A stretch of 64,000 bases of DNA from an uncultured bacterium (GTDB lineage Bacteria; Patescibacteriota; Minisyncoccia; Phycocordibacterales; CAIRYW01): assembly GCA_963766885.1 (NCBI GenBank), contig CAVYBO010000001.1:132352-196351 (forward strand), given 5' to 3'. Below, in pieces: positions 36,896 through 46,770 of this stretch. Every line of letters starts with the position of its first letter. Within the stretch, counting starts at the first letter, position 1. The notes beneath the pieces are model-generated. The model was not told the origin of the DNA, did not search any database, and saw only the letters and a program-made list of their open reading frames with translations. Position numbers and translations under genes: made by a program.

Positions 36896-38056
36896 ATGAT
36901 GACAGTGATTTTGCTCATTTATCTTTTTATTATGTTCTTTATCATATTCTTTACGATATTCCTGACATTTTTTTTAATTCTTCGATACAACCGTCGTTTA
37001 AAGGATAAAAAAAATAAAAAACATGAGCGAACTCTGGAGCGATACGAGGCTAACCCTGTCATAGCCCCGATTTCTTACAGAAAATGGGAAGACATGGGCA
37101 CATTTAATCCCGCTGCCATAAAAGACGACGAGGGATTTGTCCACCTGCTCTATCGCGCTGTTGGAAGCGATGGAGTGTCCACAATCGGCCATGCCAAAAG
37201 CCAGACTGAAGACGGATTAAAATTTAATAATAGAACAGCCTATCCAATATTTGTCTCAAGGCCGACAAGTTTCAAAGAAGACAATAAAAATAGTTTGGGA
37301 AATGCCTTGCAAATTTACAGTCCACACATGTATGCCTCTGGGGGTAGCTGGGGAGGAGCTGAAGATCCGCGAGCGGTGGTTATTGATGGTCGCGTTTACA
37401 TGACGTACACATCTTTTGACGGCTGGGAGTCTGTTCGAATTGCAGCCACATCAATTTCTATGGAAGATCTTAAGCAAGAGCGCTGGAATTGGAAGCAGCC
37501 GAGATTCATATCACCTCCTGGAGAAATAAATAAAAACTGGGTGCTTTTTCCAGAAAAAATAAACGGTAAATTTGCAGTGTTGCACAGCGTATCTCCGGAA
37601 ATAAAAATAGCTTATCTGGACAATCTAAATATTCAAGACAACAATTATATAGAGAGTTCAGCGCCATCCGGCGGCAGGGAGGGTAGCTGGGATAATTGGA
37701 TGCGCGGCGCAGGATCGCCGCCGATAAAGACGGTGCTCGGCTGGCTTGTTTTGTATCACGCTATGGACAAAAACGATCCAAACAAATACAAGCTCGGATG
37801 CATGGTCTTGGATCTTAAAAATCCAACCAAAATTCTTTACCGTTCTCCAACGCCGATAATGGAACCGGAAAAAGTTTATGAAAATGACTGGAAGCCCGGA
37901 GTGGTTTACGCTTCAGGAGCTTTGATTATTAAAGACGATCTTGTTGTATATTATGGAGGTGGCGATAAATATGTTTGCGTTGCCAAAACTCCACTCAAAC
38001 CGCTCTTAGCTTGGCTTGTAAATTATGGCCTGCCTGCGGAGGCAGGAAAAGTATAA
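36896..38056 (+). CDS. GH130-family (DUF377) beta-propeller glycosidase/phosphorylase-like protein with N-terminal TM anchor
   Basis: Motifs FNPAAI, YRAVGSDG, GAEDPR and YYGGGD, typical of the 5-bladed GH130 fold. The N-terminal 35 aa are hydrophobic. Confidence 0.55.
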   Translation: MMTVILLIYLFIMFFIIFFTIFLTFFLILRYNRRLKDKKNKKHERTLERYEANPVIAPISYRKWEDMGTFNPAAIKDDEGFVHLLYRAVGSDGVSTIGHAKSQTEDGLKFNNRTAYPIFVSRPTSFKEDNKNSLGNALQIYSPHMYASGGSWGGAEDPRAVVIDGRVYMTYTSFDGWESVRIAATSISMEDLKQERWNWKQPRFISPPGEINKNWVLFPEKINGKFAVLHSVSPEIKIAYLDNLNIQDNNYIESSAPSGGREGSWDNWMRGAGSPPIKTVLGWLVLYHAMDKNDPNKYKLGCMVLDLKNPTKILYRSPTPIMEPEKVYENDWKPGVVYASGALIIKDDLVVYYGGGDKYVCVAKTPLKPLLAWLVNYGLPAEAGKV

Positions 38057-38061
38057 AAATC

Positions 38062-39966
38062 ATGTTCACCTTAAATAGATCAAAACATAATCCGATTTTG
38101 TCCGCAGTAAAAGAGCATCCGTGGGAAGCGGAAGCAGCGTTCAACGGTTGCCCTATAGTTAAAGGAGATAAAACTTACATATTATACAGAGCAATGTCCG
38201 AGCCTGATCCGCTTCGGGAGCCGCATCTTGGCACCTCAGTTATTGGCATTGCGGATTCACGCGACGGCATTAATTTTGAAAACAGAAAAGCGATCTTTGG
38301 TCCGAGCGAAGAATATGACAAATTTGGCTGCGAAGATCCGAGGATTACAGAAATAGATGGAACATATTATATATTTTACACTGCGCTTAGCGGCTATCCG
38401 TTTTCTGCAGACAATATCAAAGTTGCTGTTGCGCTGAGTGATAATTTGGAATCAATAAAAGAAAAGCATCTGGTTACGCCGTTTAATGCTAAGGCCACGG
38501 CGCTTTTTCCAGAAAAAATAAACGGCAAGATGGCTGCGCTTGTGACTGTAAACACTGATAGAAGGCCTGCTGACATTTGCTATATGGAATTTGATAAGCC
38601 GGAAGACATTTGGTCGGAGGAATACTGGAAAAATTGGATGAACTCTGGATTGGATGCACATAAAATAAATCTGCGGCGGTTTGACAGCGATCAAGTGGAG
38701 CTCGGCGCTCCGCCAGTCAAAACAGACAAAGGTTGGCTAGTTGTTTATTCGCATATTCAGGATTACGGAGGATTAAATACGGTATTTGGAATTGAGGCTG
38801 TGCTATTGGATTTGGAAAATCCTAGGCGTATTGTAGGACGCACCAGAGGTCCATTTATGGTGCCTGATGAATATTATGAAAAAACAGGACAGGTGAGCAA
38901 TGTGGTTTTTCCTTCCGGAGCGCTGCTAAGAGGAGATAAATTGGAAATATATTACGGCGCAGCTGATACGCATTGCGCTGTGGCTTCGTTATATTTGGAT
39001 AATTTGATAGACAATATGCTTGATTCCAAAAAATCTCACTTCAAACGCTTTTCAGGAAATCCGATAATATCTCCAAGGCCGGGATTTGCCTGGGAAGCTG
39101 GAGGCACACTTAATCCAGCCGCTATTAATTTGAATGGCAAAACTCATATAATATACAGAGCAGCTTCGCCGAAAAATGTTTCGGTTCTTGGCTATGCTGT
39201 GAGCAGCGACGGATTTAATATCGATGAGCGCTTGAATGAGCCTGTATATTTACCGCGCGCAGATTTCGAATCAAAACCAGGGACTGATTCCAATTTCGGC
39301 TGCGAAGATCCGCGCATTGTTGTAATTGGCGATAAACTTTATATGACTTACACCGGATACAACTGCGTAACACCCAGAGTGGCAGTAACTTATATAGCAA
39401 TTGATGATTTTTTAAACAGGAGATGGAATATGTGGTCAGTGCCGAGCGCAATTACTCCGCCGAATATTCCAGACAAAGACGCGGTTATATTGCCGGAAGC
39501 GATAAATGGAAAGTATATGATAATCCACAGAGTGGGAGAGAGTATCTGCGCGGATTTTTTATCTTCGCTTGATTTTTCAAAGGAACAGATAAATAAATGC
39601 ATAGAAATAATCAATCCGCGTCCAGGAATGTGGGACAGTGTCAAGGTTGGCATTGCGGGACCGCCAATAAAAACGGATCTTGGCTGGCTTTCGCTTTATC
39701 ATGGAATTTCAAAAAACAAAAAATATCGTGTTGGGGCGCTTTTACTTGATCTGAATGATCCGACAATTGTAAAAGCCCGTACGGCTGTGCCGGTTTTTGA
39801 GCCGGAAGAAATTTATGAGAAGAACGGCTTGGTGCCGAATGTGGTTTTTCCATGCAGCTTTGTTGTGCGTGATAAAACAGCTTTCATATACTATGGCGCG
39901 GCAGACAGTGTAGTGGGTGTGGCCACAGTTGGAGTAGATGAACTTTTAAATATGCTTAGAACATAA
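38062..39966 (+). CDS. tandem double GH130-like beta-propeller protein
   Basis: Two successive GH130-like halves. Each has the motif set: first half NPIL…YRAMSEP…CEDPRITEI…YYGAAD; second half NPIISP…LNPAAI…YRAASP…CEDPRIVVI…YYGAAD. ATG 38062 directly follows the upstream stop. Confidence 0.55.
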   Translation: MFTLNRSKHNPILSAVKEHPWEAEAAFNGCPIVKGDKTYILYRAMSEPDPLREPHLGTSVIGIADSRDGINFENRKAIFGPSEEYDKFGCEDPRITEIDGTYYIFYTALSGYPFSADNIKVAVALSDNLESIKEKHLVTPFNAKATALFPEKINGKMAALVTVNTDRRPADICYMEFDKPEDIWSEEYWKNWMNSGLDAHKINLRRFDSDQVELGAPPVKTDKGWLVVYSHIQDYGGLNTVFGIEAVLLDLENPRRIVGRTRGPFMVPDEYYEKTGQVSNVVFPSGALLRGDKLEIYYGAADTHCAVASLYLDNLIDNMLDSKKSHFKRFSGNPIISPRPGFAWEAGGTLNPAAINLNGKTHIIYRAASPKNVSVLGYAVSSDGFNIDERLNEPVYLPRADFESKPGTDSNFGCEDPRIVVIGDKLYMTYTGYNCVTPRVAVTYIAIDDFLNRRWNMWSVPSAITPPNIPDKDAVILPEAINGKYMIIHRVGESICADFLSSLDFSKEQINKCIEIINPRPGMWDSVKVGIAGPPIKTDLGWLSLYHGISKNKKYRVGALLLDLNDPTIVKARTAVPVFEPEEIYEKNGLVPNVVFPCSFVVRDKTAFIYYGAADSVVGVATVGVDELLNMLRT

Positions 39967-40008
39967 AAATACTGCAACTTTTTTATTTTCCAAACGGTAT
40001 ACATAAGT

Positions 40009-40701
40009 ATGAACATAAAAAATAAAATAGTTATCGTTACTGGAGCGTCGCAAGGAATTGGTAAAGCTACAGCAGAAATTTTGGCGTCCAAAGGGGCAAA
40101 GGTTGTGCTTGCCGCGCGCTCCAAAGCCGCTCTTAGTAAACTAGAAAAAGAATTGCCAAATTCCTTGGCGGTTGCTGCTGATATGACCAAAAACGCTGAT
40201 GTCAAAAAACTTGTCAAGAAAACACTGGATAAATATGGTCGTGTGGATATTTTGATAAATAATGCAGGGCAGGGGCTTTACGGGCCGGTTGAAGAAATTG
40301 ACATTGATGATTACAAAAATATTGTTGATTTGAACGTATATGGTCCGCTTCGAGCCATGAAAGAGGTGATTCCTCAGATGAAAAAACAAGGGGGAGGAAT
40401 GATTATCAATGTAAGCTCCCGGGTTTCCAAAAATCATTTTCCAATGCTCGCCGCGTATGCTTCTACCAAATATGCTCTAAACGCGATTTCATTTACTGCT
40501 CGTGAAGAATTGAGCGAACATAATATTATTGTCAGCACGATGCATCCAAAAATGACTGCAACAAATTTCGGCAAAAATTCAAAAGGCGGCTCGGCATCTG
40601 ATTTTACAAGGCGTCCCGGCGCGGAGGTGGACACTCCCGAAGCAGTGGCAGAAAAAATCCTTGAACTTATAGAATCGGAAGATGCAGAAGCGGAGATGTA
40701 G
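40009..40701 (+). CDS. SDR family NAD(P)-dependent oxidoreductase
   Basis: TGASQGIGKATAEILASKGAKVVL and NNAGQG. Paralog of 25138..25887. Confidence 0.8.
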   Translation: MNIKNKIVIVTGASQGIGKATAEILASKGAKVVLAARSKAALSKLEKELPNSLAVAADMTKNADVKKLVKKTLDKYGRVDILINNAGQGLYGPVEEIDIDDYKNIVDLNVYGPLRAMKEVIPQMKKQGGGMIINVSSRVSKNHFPMLAAYASTKYALNAISFTAREELSEHNIIVSTMHPKMTATNFGKNSKGGSASDFTRRPGAEVDTPEAVAEKILELIESEDAEAEM

Positions 40702-40720
40702 ATAGTGGTATAATTTTCCT

Positions 40721-41341
40721 GTGATTAAAAGTAAAAAAATTTCTGGTATCGTTTTTGACTTGGGAGGAGTTGTGCTTGAGAGTTTTGAATTTGATTTCTA
40801 CAAAGAAGCCGGAAAAAAATTATTGATATCCCCGGATAAATTATCGAAGGCATCTGAAAATGATTGGACCCTGTTGGAGTTGGGAGAAGAGACAAATAAT
40901 AAACTATGGCAAAGAGTATCTGAGAAATTAAGTTTAGATAATTTTTCTAGTAAAGTTCTTGCTTCTTTGTGGTTAAAACATTACAAACAAGGAGCAAAAA
41001 TAAAAAAAGATACTCTTTCCATAATAAAGGTCCTTGGAAAGAATTATAAATTGGGAGTTATTTCAAATACTCAAAAAGAGCACAGTGCTATAAATAAGAA
41101 AAGAGGTTTATTCAAATATTTTAATGTTGTTGTTTTGTCTAATGAAGTCGGCTTTAGAAAACCTCAAAAAGAAATTTTTGAATTAGTGTCAAAAAAGATG
41201 AAAATTCCATTTCAAAATTTATTATTTGTTGATGATGATATTCGTTGGGTAAAAGTTGCTAAAAAATATGGTTTGATGGCAATATTATTCAAATCAGCAA
41301 TACTTTTGAACAAAGACTTAAAGAAAGTGGGGTTAATTTAA
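40721..41341 (+). CDS. HAD family hydrolase (subfamily IA-like)
   Basis: Motif I GIVFDLGGVVL…, motif III K near …RKPQKEIF…, and motif IV FVDDD. Confidence 0.6.
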   Translation: MIKSKKISGIVFDLGGVVLESFEFDFYKEAGKKLLISPDKLSKASENDWTLLELGEETNNKLWQRVSEKLSLDNFSSKVLASLWLKHYKQGAKIKKDTLSIIKVLGKNYKLGVISNTQKEHSAINKKRGLFKYFNVVVLSNEVGFRKPQKEIFELVSKKMKIPFQNLLFVDDDIRWVKVAKKYGLMAILFKSAILLNKDLKKVGLI

Positions 41342-41353
41342 AATAAATATCAC

Positions 41354-41569
41354 ATGCTTAAACTTGGAAAATATAAACATTACAAAGGTAACGAATACCG
41401 AGTTATTTGTATTGCCAAACATACTGAAACAAATGAAGATTTGGTAATTTATGAAGCTTTGTACGAAAACCTAGAAAGCAAAATCTGGGCGCGCCCATTA
41501 AAAATGTTTTTAGAAGAAGTTGAAGTTGACGGTAAGAAGATTCCAAGATTTGAATATATTGGAGAATAA
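41354..41569 (+). CDS. DUF1653 family protein
   Basis: YKHYKGNEYRVICIAKHTETNEDLVIYEALY…WARPLKMF matches the DUF1653 consensus. Confidence 0.6.
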   Translation: MLKLGKYKHYKGNEYRVICIAKHTETNEDLVIYEALYENLESKIWARPLKMFLEEVEVDGKKIPRFEYIGE

Positions 41570-41573
41570 TTTT

Positions 41574-42107
41574 ATGCAAATTCATAAAATAAAAATCGGG
41601 ACCAAAAATAAAGCCAAGATTGAAGCGATTGAGGAAATAATTAAAGATTATTCACATCTTGCTTCTGCAACAGTTGAAGGTGTTGAAACAAATTCTGGAG
41701 TTTCTGATCAGCCAAAAAGTTTGGATGAAACCATCAAAGGTGCAATCAACCGCGCCAGAAATTCTTTTAGGGATTGTGATTTGAGTTTTGGAATTGAGTC
41801 CGGGCTTATGCAAGTACCAGAAACCAAAAGCGGATATATGGATGTTTGTGTCTGCGCAATTTACGACGGAAAAGAATTTCATCTTGGACTTTCTTCGGCT
41901 TGGGAATTTCCGGACAAAAATATTATTGGAATGATGCTAGATGAGGGTCTTGATATGACTCAAGCTGTAAACAAAGCTGGACTTACAAATAATCCTACAA
42001 TCGGCTCGGCTGAAGGGGCGATAGGAATCCTAACAAAAGGCAGATTGGATAGAAAAGCTTACACAAAACAGGCAATCCAAACAGCATTAATTCATGTGGA
42101 TTTGTAG
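41574..42107 (+). CDS. inosine/xanthosine triphosphatase (YjjX/NTPase family)
   Basis: …KIKIGTKNKAKIEAI…ATVEGVETNSGVSDQPKSLDETIKGAINRARNS… matches the YjjX/DUF84 signature. GGAGAA lies 7 nt upstream of ATG 41574. The 41520 start in the track is an extension. Confidence 0.65.
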   Translation: MQIHKIKIGTKNKAKIEAIEEIIKDYSHLASATVEGVETNSGVSDQPKSLDETIKGAINRARNSFRDCDLSFGIESGLMQVPETKSGYMDVCVCAIYDGKEFHLGLSSAWEFPDKNIIGMMLDEGLDMTQAVNKAGLTNNPTIGSAEGAIGILTKGRLDRKAYTKQAIQTALIHVDL

Positions 42108-42220
42108 ATTTTGCCGCGGTTTTTGAGTAGGGTACAACTTTATTTGCTGAGCGAAGCGATTTGTACCGCGCTCGGGTATCAACTGCTGTTGCAAATAAGG
42201 CCTTGTGTTATAATTAATCA

Positions 42221-43276
42221 ATGCAAGAGAAACGCCTTGAGATATATCTCTTTTTCATCCTACTGGCGATCGCGCTGTATTTTTCGTACGAAGTTTTGCT
42301 GCCGTATCTGCAGGTGCTTTCTTTGGCGCTTGTCTTTGCTGTTGTTTTTGAGCCTCTTTATAAAAAAGTCGCCAAGCATATAAAAGTTCATGAATCTATT
42401 TCAGCAATAATTACCGTACTCATTGTCTCTTTGATTATTCTTGTACCTCTAACACTTTACGGAATGGCGCTGACAAACGAAATCAAAGATTTGTATCAGA
42501 CGTTTTTCTCATCCACAAATTCTTCAAACATCATTGATCAACTGACCAACAACGCCAATCAATTTGTAGAGCATTATTCTTGGACCGAGGTGCATGCGCC
42601 AGTTTTCAATAGTGTCGATACAGAAAATTACATTTTTTCGGTATTGGCGTGGATTCGCGGACACTTCGGAGATATTTTTTCCGGACTTACAAAATTTTTT
42701 ATCAGCCTATTTTTGTTTATTGTTTCTTTTTACTTTTTACTTCGAGATGGGGACAATTTGAAAAGCGCTGTAATAAAAATCAGTCCGTTTACGGATAATA
42801 GGGATGAAGAAATTTTAAACAGATTGAAAAATGCCGTGATGTCTGTAGTAAAAGGCTCGCTTTTAGTGGCTTTGGTGCAAGGAATCCTAACTGGAGTAGG
42901 ATTTTATCTTTTTAATATTCCATCTGCATTGCTTTGGGGTGGAGTTGCCGGGGTGACTTCATTGGTTCCTGGCATAGGCACATCTCTGGTGATTGTTCCA
43001 GGAATTATTTATCTTTTTCTTGCCGGACAAATTGGAAATGGCATCGGTCTTGCGGTGTGGGGAGTTTTGTCTGTAACATTCATAGACAACATTCTGGCTT
43101 CTTATCTTGTAGGCAGAGGAGCCAAAGTCCATCCGCTTCTGATAATGCTTTCTGCAATCGGAGGAATCGGGTTTTTCGGCCCGCTTGGATTTATTTTCGG
43201 CCCCGTAGTTATCAGTTTCCTTTTTGCTTTGTTTGATATTTACAAGACTATTCTTGTCAAAGACGCTCTGAAATAA
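42221..43276 (+). CDS. AI-2E family transporter (PerM/UPF0118)
   Basis: 351 aa with 8 TM helices and the characteristic N-terminal helices plus a central soluble loop (…LLRDGDNLKSAVIKISPFTDNRDEEIL…). Confidence 0.7.
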   Translation: MQEKRLEIYLFFILLAIALYFSYEVLLPYLQVLSLALVFAVVFEPLYKKVAKHIKVHESISAIITVLIVSLIILVPLTLYGMALTNEIKDLYQTFFSSTNSSNIIDQLTNNANQFVEHYSWTEVHAPVFNSVDTENYIFSVLAWIRGHFGDIFSGLTKFFISLFLFIVSFYFLLRDGDNLKSAVIKISPFTDNRDEEILNRLKNAVMSVVKGSLLVALVQGILTGVGFYLFNIPSALLWGGVAGVTSLVPGIGTSLVIVPGIIYLFLAGQIGNGIGLAVWGVLSVTFIDNILASYLVGRGAKVHPLLIMLSAIGGIGFFGPLGFIFGPVVISFLFALFDIYKTILVKDALK

Positions 43277-43278
43277 AT

Positions 43279-44007
43279 ATGTTCGTAATTGAGACCGAAA
43301 ATTTAGTAAAAAAATTTGGTGATTTTATCGCTGTTGACGGATTATCGTTGCAGATTGAGGAAGGAAAAATCACAGCTCTGCTTGGTCCAAATGGCGCTGG
43401 CAAAACCACCACTATCCAAATGCTTTTGGATATCATCACGCCGACTTCTGGAAGCATAAAATTTTTCGGTAAGAATTTTAAAGATAACAAAGAAGAAATT
43501 CTCTCACAAATAAATTTCTCTTCTCCATATGTGGCGCTCCCATCCAATCTAACGGTAATGGAAAACTTGCTGACATTTGCCAGGCTCTATGGAGTCAAAC
43601 AGCCAAAGGCGAAAATAGAAGAGCTTGCTGATTTTTTTGAAATCAGAAATTTGCTTTCTCGCATGACAACTTCACTTTCTACCGGTCAATTAACACGCGT
43701 CAATTTGACCAAAGCTTTTGTAAACAATCCAAAAATTTTGCTTTTGGATGAAGCTACAGCATCTTTGGATCCCTACATTGCTGACAAAACACTGACTGTT
43801 TTAAAAAGGATGCAAGAGCAAAATGGCACGACGATTCTTTACACTTCTCACAATATGGCTGAAATCGAAAGGCTTTGTGACCGTGTTATCTTTATAAATA
43901 AAGGTGCAGTGCGAGACGACGGTACGCCATCCGAGCTTATACACAAATTTGGTCACAAAGACTTAAACGACGTGTTTATCAGCATTGCAACTGAAGATGA
44001 GGATTAA
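43279..44007 (+). CDS. ABC transporter ATP-binding protein (ABC-2 type)
   Basis: Walker A GPNGAGKTTT, signature LSTGQLTRV, Walker B LLLDEATASLD. Confidence 0.8.
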   Translation: MFVIETENLVKKFGDFIAVDGLSLQIEEGKITALLGPNGAGKTTTIQMLLDIITPTSGSIKFFGKNFKDNKEEILSQINFSSPYVALPSNLTVMENLLTFARLYGVKQPKAKIEELADFFEIRNLLSRMTTSLSTGQLTRVNLTKAFVNNPKILLLDEATASLDPYIADKTLTVLKRMQEQNGTTILYTSHNMAEIERLCDRVIFINKGAVRDDGTPSELIHKFGHKDLNDVFISIATEDED

Positions 44008-44011
44008 AAAT

Positions 44012-44806
44012 ATGAATGCAGGAAGAATCAAAGCTATTATTATACGACACTTGTATCTCTATAAAGGCAGAAGCTTGCCGCGTTTTATGGATATTTTCTT
44101 TTGGCCGGTGATGACGCTTTTGACTTGGGGATTCTTTAGTGTTTATTTGAATAAATTCAATCTTTCAAATGTTAACTTTTTCTCTGTCTTGCTTGGAGCT
44201 GTTGTGTTTTGGGAAGTCGTTCAGACTTCTCAGCAGGCTGTGTCTGTTTATTTTTTGGAAGATGTTTGGGAAAAGAATTTCTTGAATATTTTTGTTACCC
44301 CATTAACCCTTGGAGAATTTTTTGTTGCTACTGCGATTCTTGCAATAATCAAACTTTGCATTACCTGCAGTGTGCTTTTTATTGTTGCCTTTCTTTTTTA
44401 TCATTACAGTGTTTTTTCTTTAGGTTTCGCTTTTATTCCTTATGTCATTAATCTTTTTGCTTTTGGGATGACCGTCGCGGTATTTATTAACGGCATAATT
44501 TTGCGTTTCGGCACATCGGCTCAAGTGCTTGCCTTCGGCATCATCCTTATCTTGCAGCCTCTGAGCGCTGTATTTTATCCTGTTTCAGCCCTTCCAGGAT
44601 TCTTGCATCCAATCTCGTATGCGTTGCCGATTACGTATGTTTTTGAATCAATGAGAGCAACGATTGCAGGGATGCCTTTTGATTTTCATTCATTCTGGAT
44701 TTCTGCGCTATTAAATATTGTTTATTTCACAGCGGCATGCCTTTTCTTCAGAGGTATGTTTTTGAGCGTCAAACGAAAAGGAATTCTTCTTAAGGTGCAA
44801 AACTAA
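44012..44806 (+). CDS. ABC-2 family transporter permease
   Basis: 6 TM helices. Cognate to the upstream ATPase. Start chosen at the first ATG after the upstream stop. Confidence 0.65.
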   Translation: MNAGRIKAIIIRHLYLYKGRSLPRFMDIFFWPVMTLLTWGFFSVYLNKFNLSNVNFFSVLLGAVVFWEVVQTSQQAVSVYFLEDVWEKNFLNIFVTPLTLGEFFVATAILAIIKLCITCSVLFIVAFLFYHYSVFSLGFAFIPYVINLFAFGMTVAVFINGIILRFGTSAQVLAFGIILILQPLSAVFYPVSALPGFLHPISYALPITYVFESMRATIAGMPFDFHSFWISALLNIVYFTAACLFFRGMFLSVKRKGILLKVQN

Positions 44807-44812
44807 ATACAA

Positions 44813-45718
44813 ATGTTATTTTCAAAAAAGAAAACAATAGTTACTCACAATGGAAGTTTTCACGCGGATGATGTTTTTGCTGTGGCAACGCTTATACTTG
44901 CGTTTCCAAAAGAGAAATTTGAAATTGTGCGAACTCGTGACGATGAAAAAATTCAAAAAGCTGATTTTGTGGTGGATGTTGGCAGAATTTATGATTCCTC
45001 AAAGCAGCGTTTTGATCACCATCAGGGTGGTGGAGCAGGAAAGAGAAGTTCGGAAAATAGCACAGGAATTCCTTATGCGTCGTTCGGGTTAGTTTGGAAA
45101 GAATACGGCGCCAAAATTTGTGGCAGGGAAGAAGCATATATTGTTGATCAAGGGTTAGCCTCTTTTCTTGATGCGGCAGACAACGGCGTGGATTTATTTG
45201 AAAGTAAAAGAGGGATAAGTAATTATTCATTGGCAAGTGTTGTTGGAGCTTTTAATTCAACAAGTTTAGAAGAAGACAGGAACGATAAAACTTTTTTGGA
45301 TATTATTTGGCTTGGCAAAAAAATCATTGAAAGAGAGATTGCTTCGGCCAAGGAATTTATTTATGGGAAAAATGAGATAAAAAAAGAATATGAAAGATCA
45401 AAGGATAAAAGGTTTTTGGTTTTGGATGAAAAAATAGAAAAAGAGGTGATCTATAAAGTTCTGGGAGATTATCAGGAAGTGCTTTTTGTTGTCCACCCGT
45501 ATCAAGGGCAATGGGCGCTTAGGGCAGCAAGAAAAGAAGCAAATAGTTTTGAGAGTAGAAAGCTTCTGCCAGAGGAATGGGGCGGTAAGGAAGCAGCAGA
45601 GCTTCAAAAGATTACTGGCGTTAAAGATATTCTTTTTTGTCACAATGCTAGGTTTATAGCGAGCGCGGGAAGCAAAGAAGGGGCGATTAAATTAGCAGAA
45701 CTGGCGATAAAAGAATAA
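44813..45718 (+). CDS. MYG1/UPF0160 family metal-dependent hydrolase
   Basis: THNGSFHADDVFA…EIVRTRD…VVDVG…FDHHQ matches the MYG1 N-terminal motif set. Confidence 0.75.
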   Translation: MLFSKKKTIVTHNGSFHADDVFAVATLILAFPKEKFEIVRTRDDEKIQKADFVVDVGRIYDSSKQRFDHHQGGGAGKRSSENSTGIPYASFGLVWKEYGAKICGREEAYIVDQGLASFLDAADNGVDLFESKRGISNYSLASVVGAFNSTSLEEDRNDKTFLDIIWLGKKIIEREIASAKEFIYGKNEIKKEYERSKDKRFLVLDEKIEKEVIYKVLGDYQEVLFVVHPYQGQWALRAARKEANSFESRKLLPEEWGGKEAAELQKITGVKDILFCHNARFIASAGSKEGAIKLAELAIKE

Positions 45719-45724
45719 AGAAAT

Positions 45725-46693
45725 ATGTTAGTAGATGAAATCAAATTATTTCTGAGAGCGGGAAAAGGTGGGGACGGCGTGGTGCGTTGGAGACACGAAA
45801 AAAGTATTGAATTTGGCGGTCCATCTGGAGGCAATGGCGGCAGAGGTGGAGCGGTTTATATTGAAGCTGTGCCTGATATTTCTATTCTTTCAAAATACAA
45901 ATCCAAGAAATCTTTTATGGCCGAAAACGGCACTGACGGCTTCAGGGATTCAGAGCACGGCAAGCAGGGGGATGATTTTGTCTTGAAGCTGCCGATTGGA
46001 AGCGTGGTTAAAAATTTATCTACCGGAGAAATATTTAATCTTTTAAAGGCAGGAGAAAAAAAGCAGGTGCTTTCTGGTGGACGCGGAGGAGTTGGCAACG
46101 AAGCTTTCAAATCTTCCAGAAACGTTTCTCCAGACAAAGCAACTTTGGGAGAAAAAGGCGAGCAGGCAGACTTTTTTATTGAGCTTGAACTTTTTGCTGA
46201 TGTGGGATTGATTGGACTTCCAAATGCTGGCAAGAGTTCGCTCTTGAACCACATAACAAACGCTGAGGCTAAAGTGGGTAACTACGCTTTCACAACAATT
46301 GAGCCGAATCTTGGGGCGCTTTATGAATTTGTTTTGGCAGATATTCCGGGATTGATTGAAGGCGCGGCTGATGGCAAAGGATTGGGAGATAAGTTTCTTA
46401 AGCATATTAGACGCACAAAAATTTTGGTGCATCTAATTTCTGCCGAAAACGAAGATATCAAAAAAACTTACAAAACAATCCGCGATGAACTTGGAAAGTT
46501 TGACAAAGAGCTTTTGGAAAAGGAAGAGGTAATCGTTCTCAGTAAAACCGACGTGACAGACGAAAAGGAAATCGAAAAGAAACTGAAAGAAATAAAAAAA
46601 CTTAAGAAACCGTTTTTTGCAATCTCAATAATTGATGACAAAGCAATCAAAAACTTCCGCGACGAACTGGTTAAAATTTTGAGAAAGAAATAA
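45725..46693 (+). CDS. obg: GTPase Obg
   Basis: Obg fold N-domain (…AGKGGDGVVRWRHEKSIEFGGPSGGNGGRGG…). GTPase motifs G1 GLPNAGKSSLL, G3 DIPG and G4 SKTD. Confidence 0.85.
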   Translation: MLVDEIKLFLRAGKGGDGVVRWRHEKSIEFGGPSGGNGGRGGAVYIEAVPDISILSKYKSKKSFMAENGTDGFRDSEHGKQGDDFVLKLPIGSVVKNLSTGEIFNLLKAGEKKQVLSGGRGGVGNEAFKSSRNVSPDKATLGEKGEQADFFIELELFADVGLIGLPNAGKSSLLNHITNAEAKVGNYAFTTIEPNLGALYEFVLADIPGLIEGAADGKGLGDKFLKHIRRTKILVHLISAENEDIKKTYKTIRDELGKFDKELLEKEEVIVLSKTDVTDEKEIEKKLKEIKKLKKPFFAISIIDDKAIKNFRDELVKILRKK

Positions 46694-46770
46694 ATTTTAG
46701 AATTTTATATAAAAATTGACCTACGGCTACAAGTAGCTTTCGGTCTGTTTTAACTTACCCTACATAGGGA

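Noticed and set aside
37975-38061. Upstream extension of the tandem GH130 gene (MRCQNSTQTALSLACKL…)
   Set aside because: It overlaps the 3' end of the preceding GH130 gene in another frame. ATG 38062 follows the upstream stop directly, and homology starts there.
46694-46770. Possible bidirectional terminator between obg and the convergent YrdC-like gene (GACCTACGGCTACAAGTAGCTTTCGGTC)
   Set aside because: The stems are short and imperfect with tiny loops. It is plausible but too weak to annotate as a feature.
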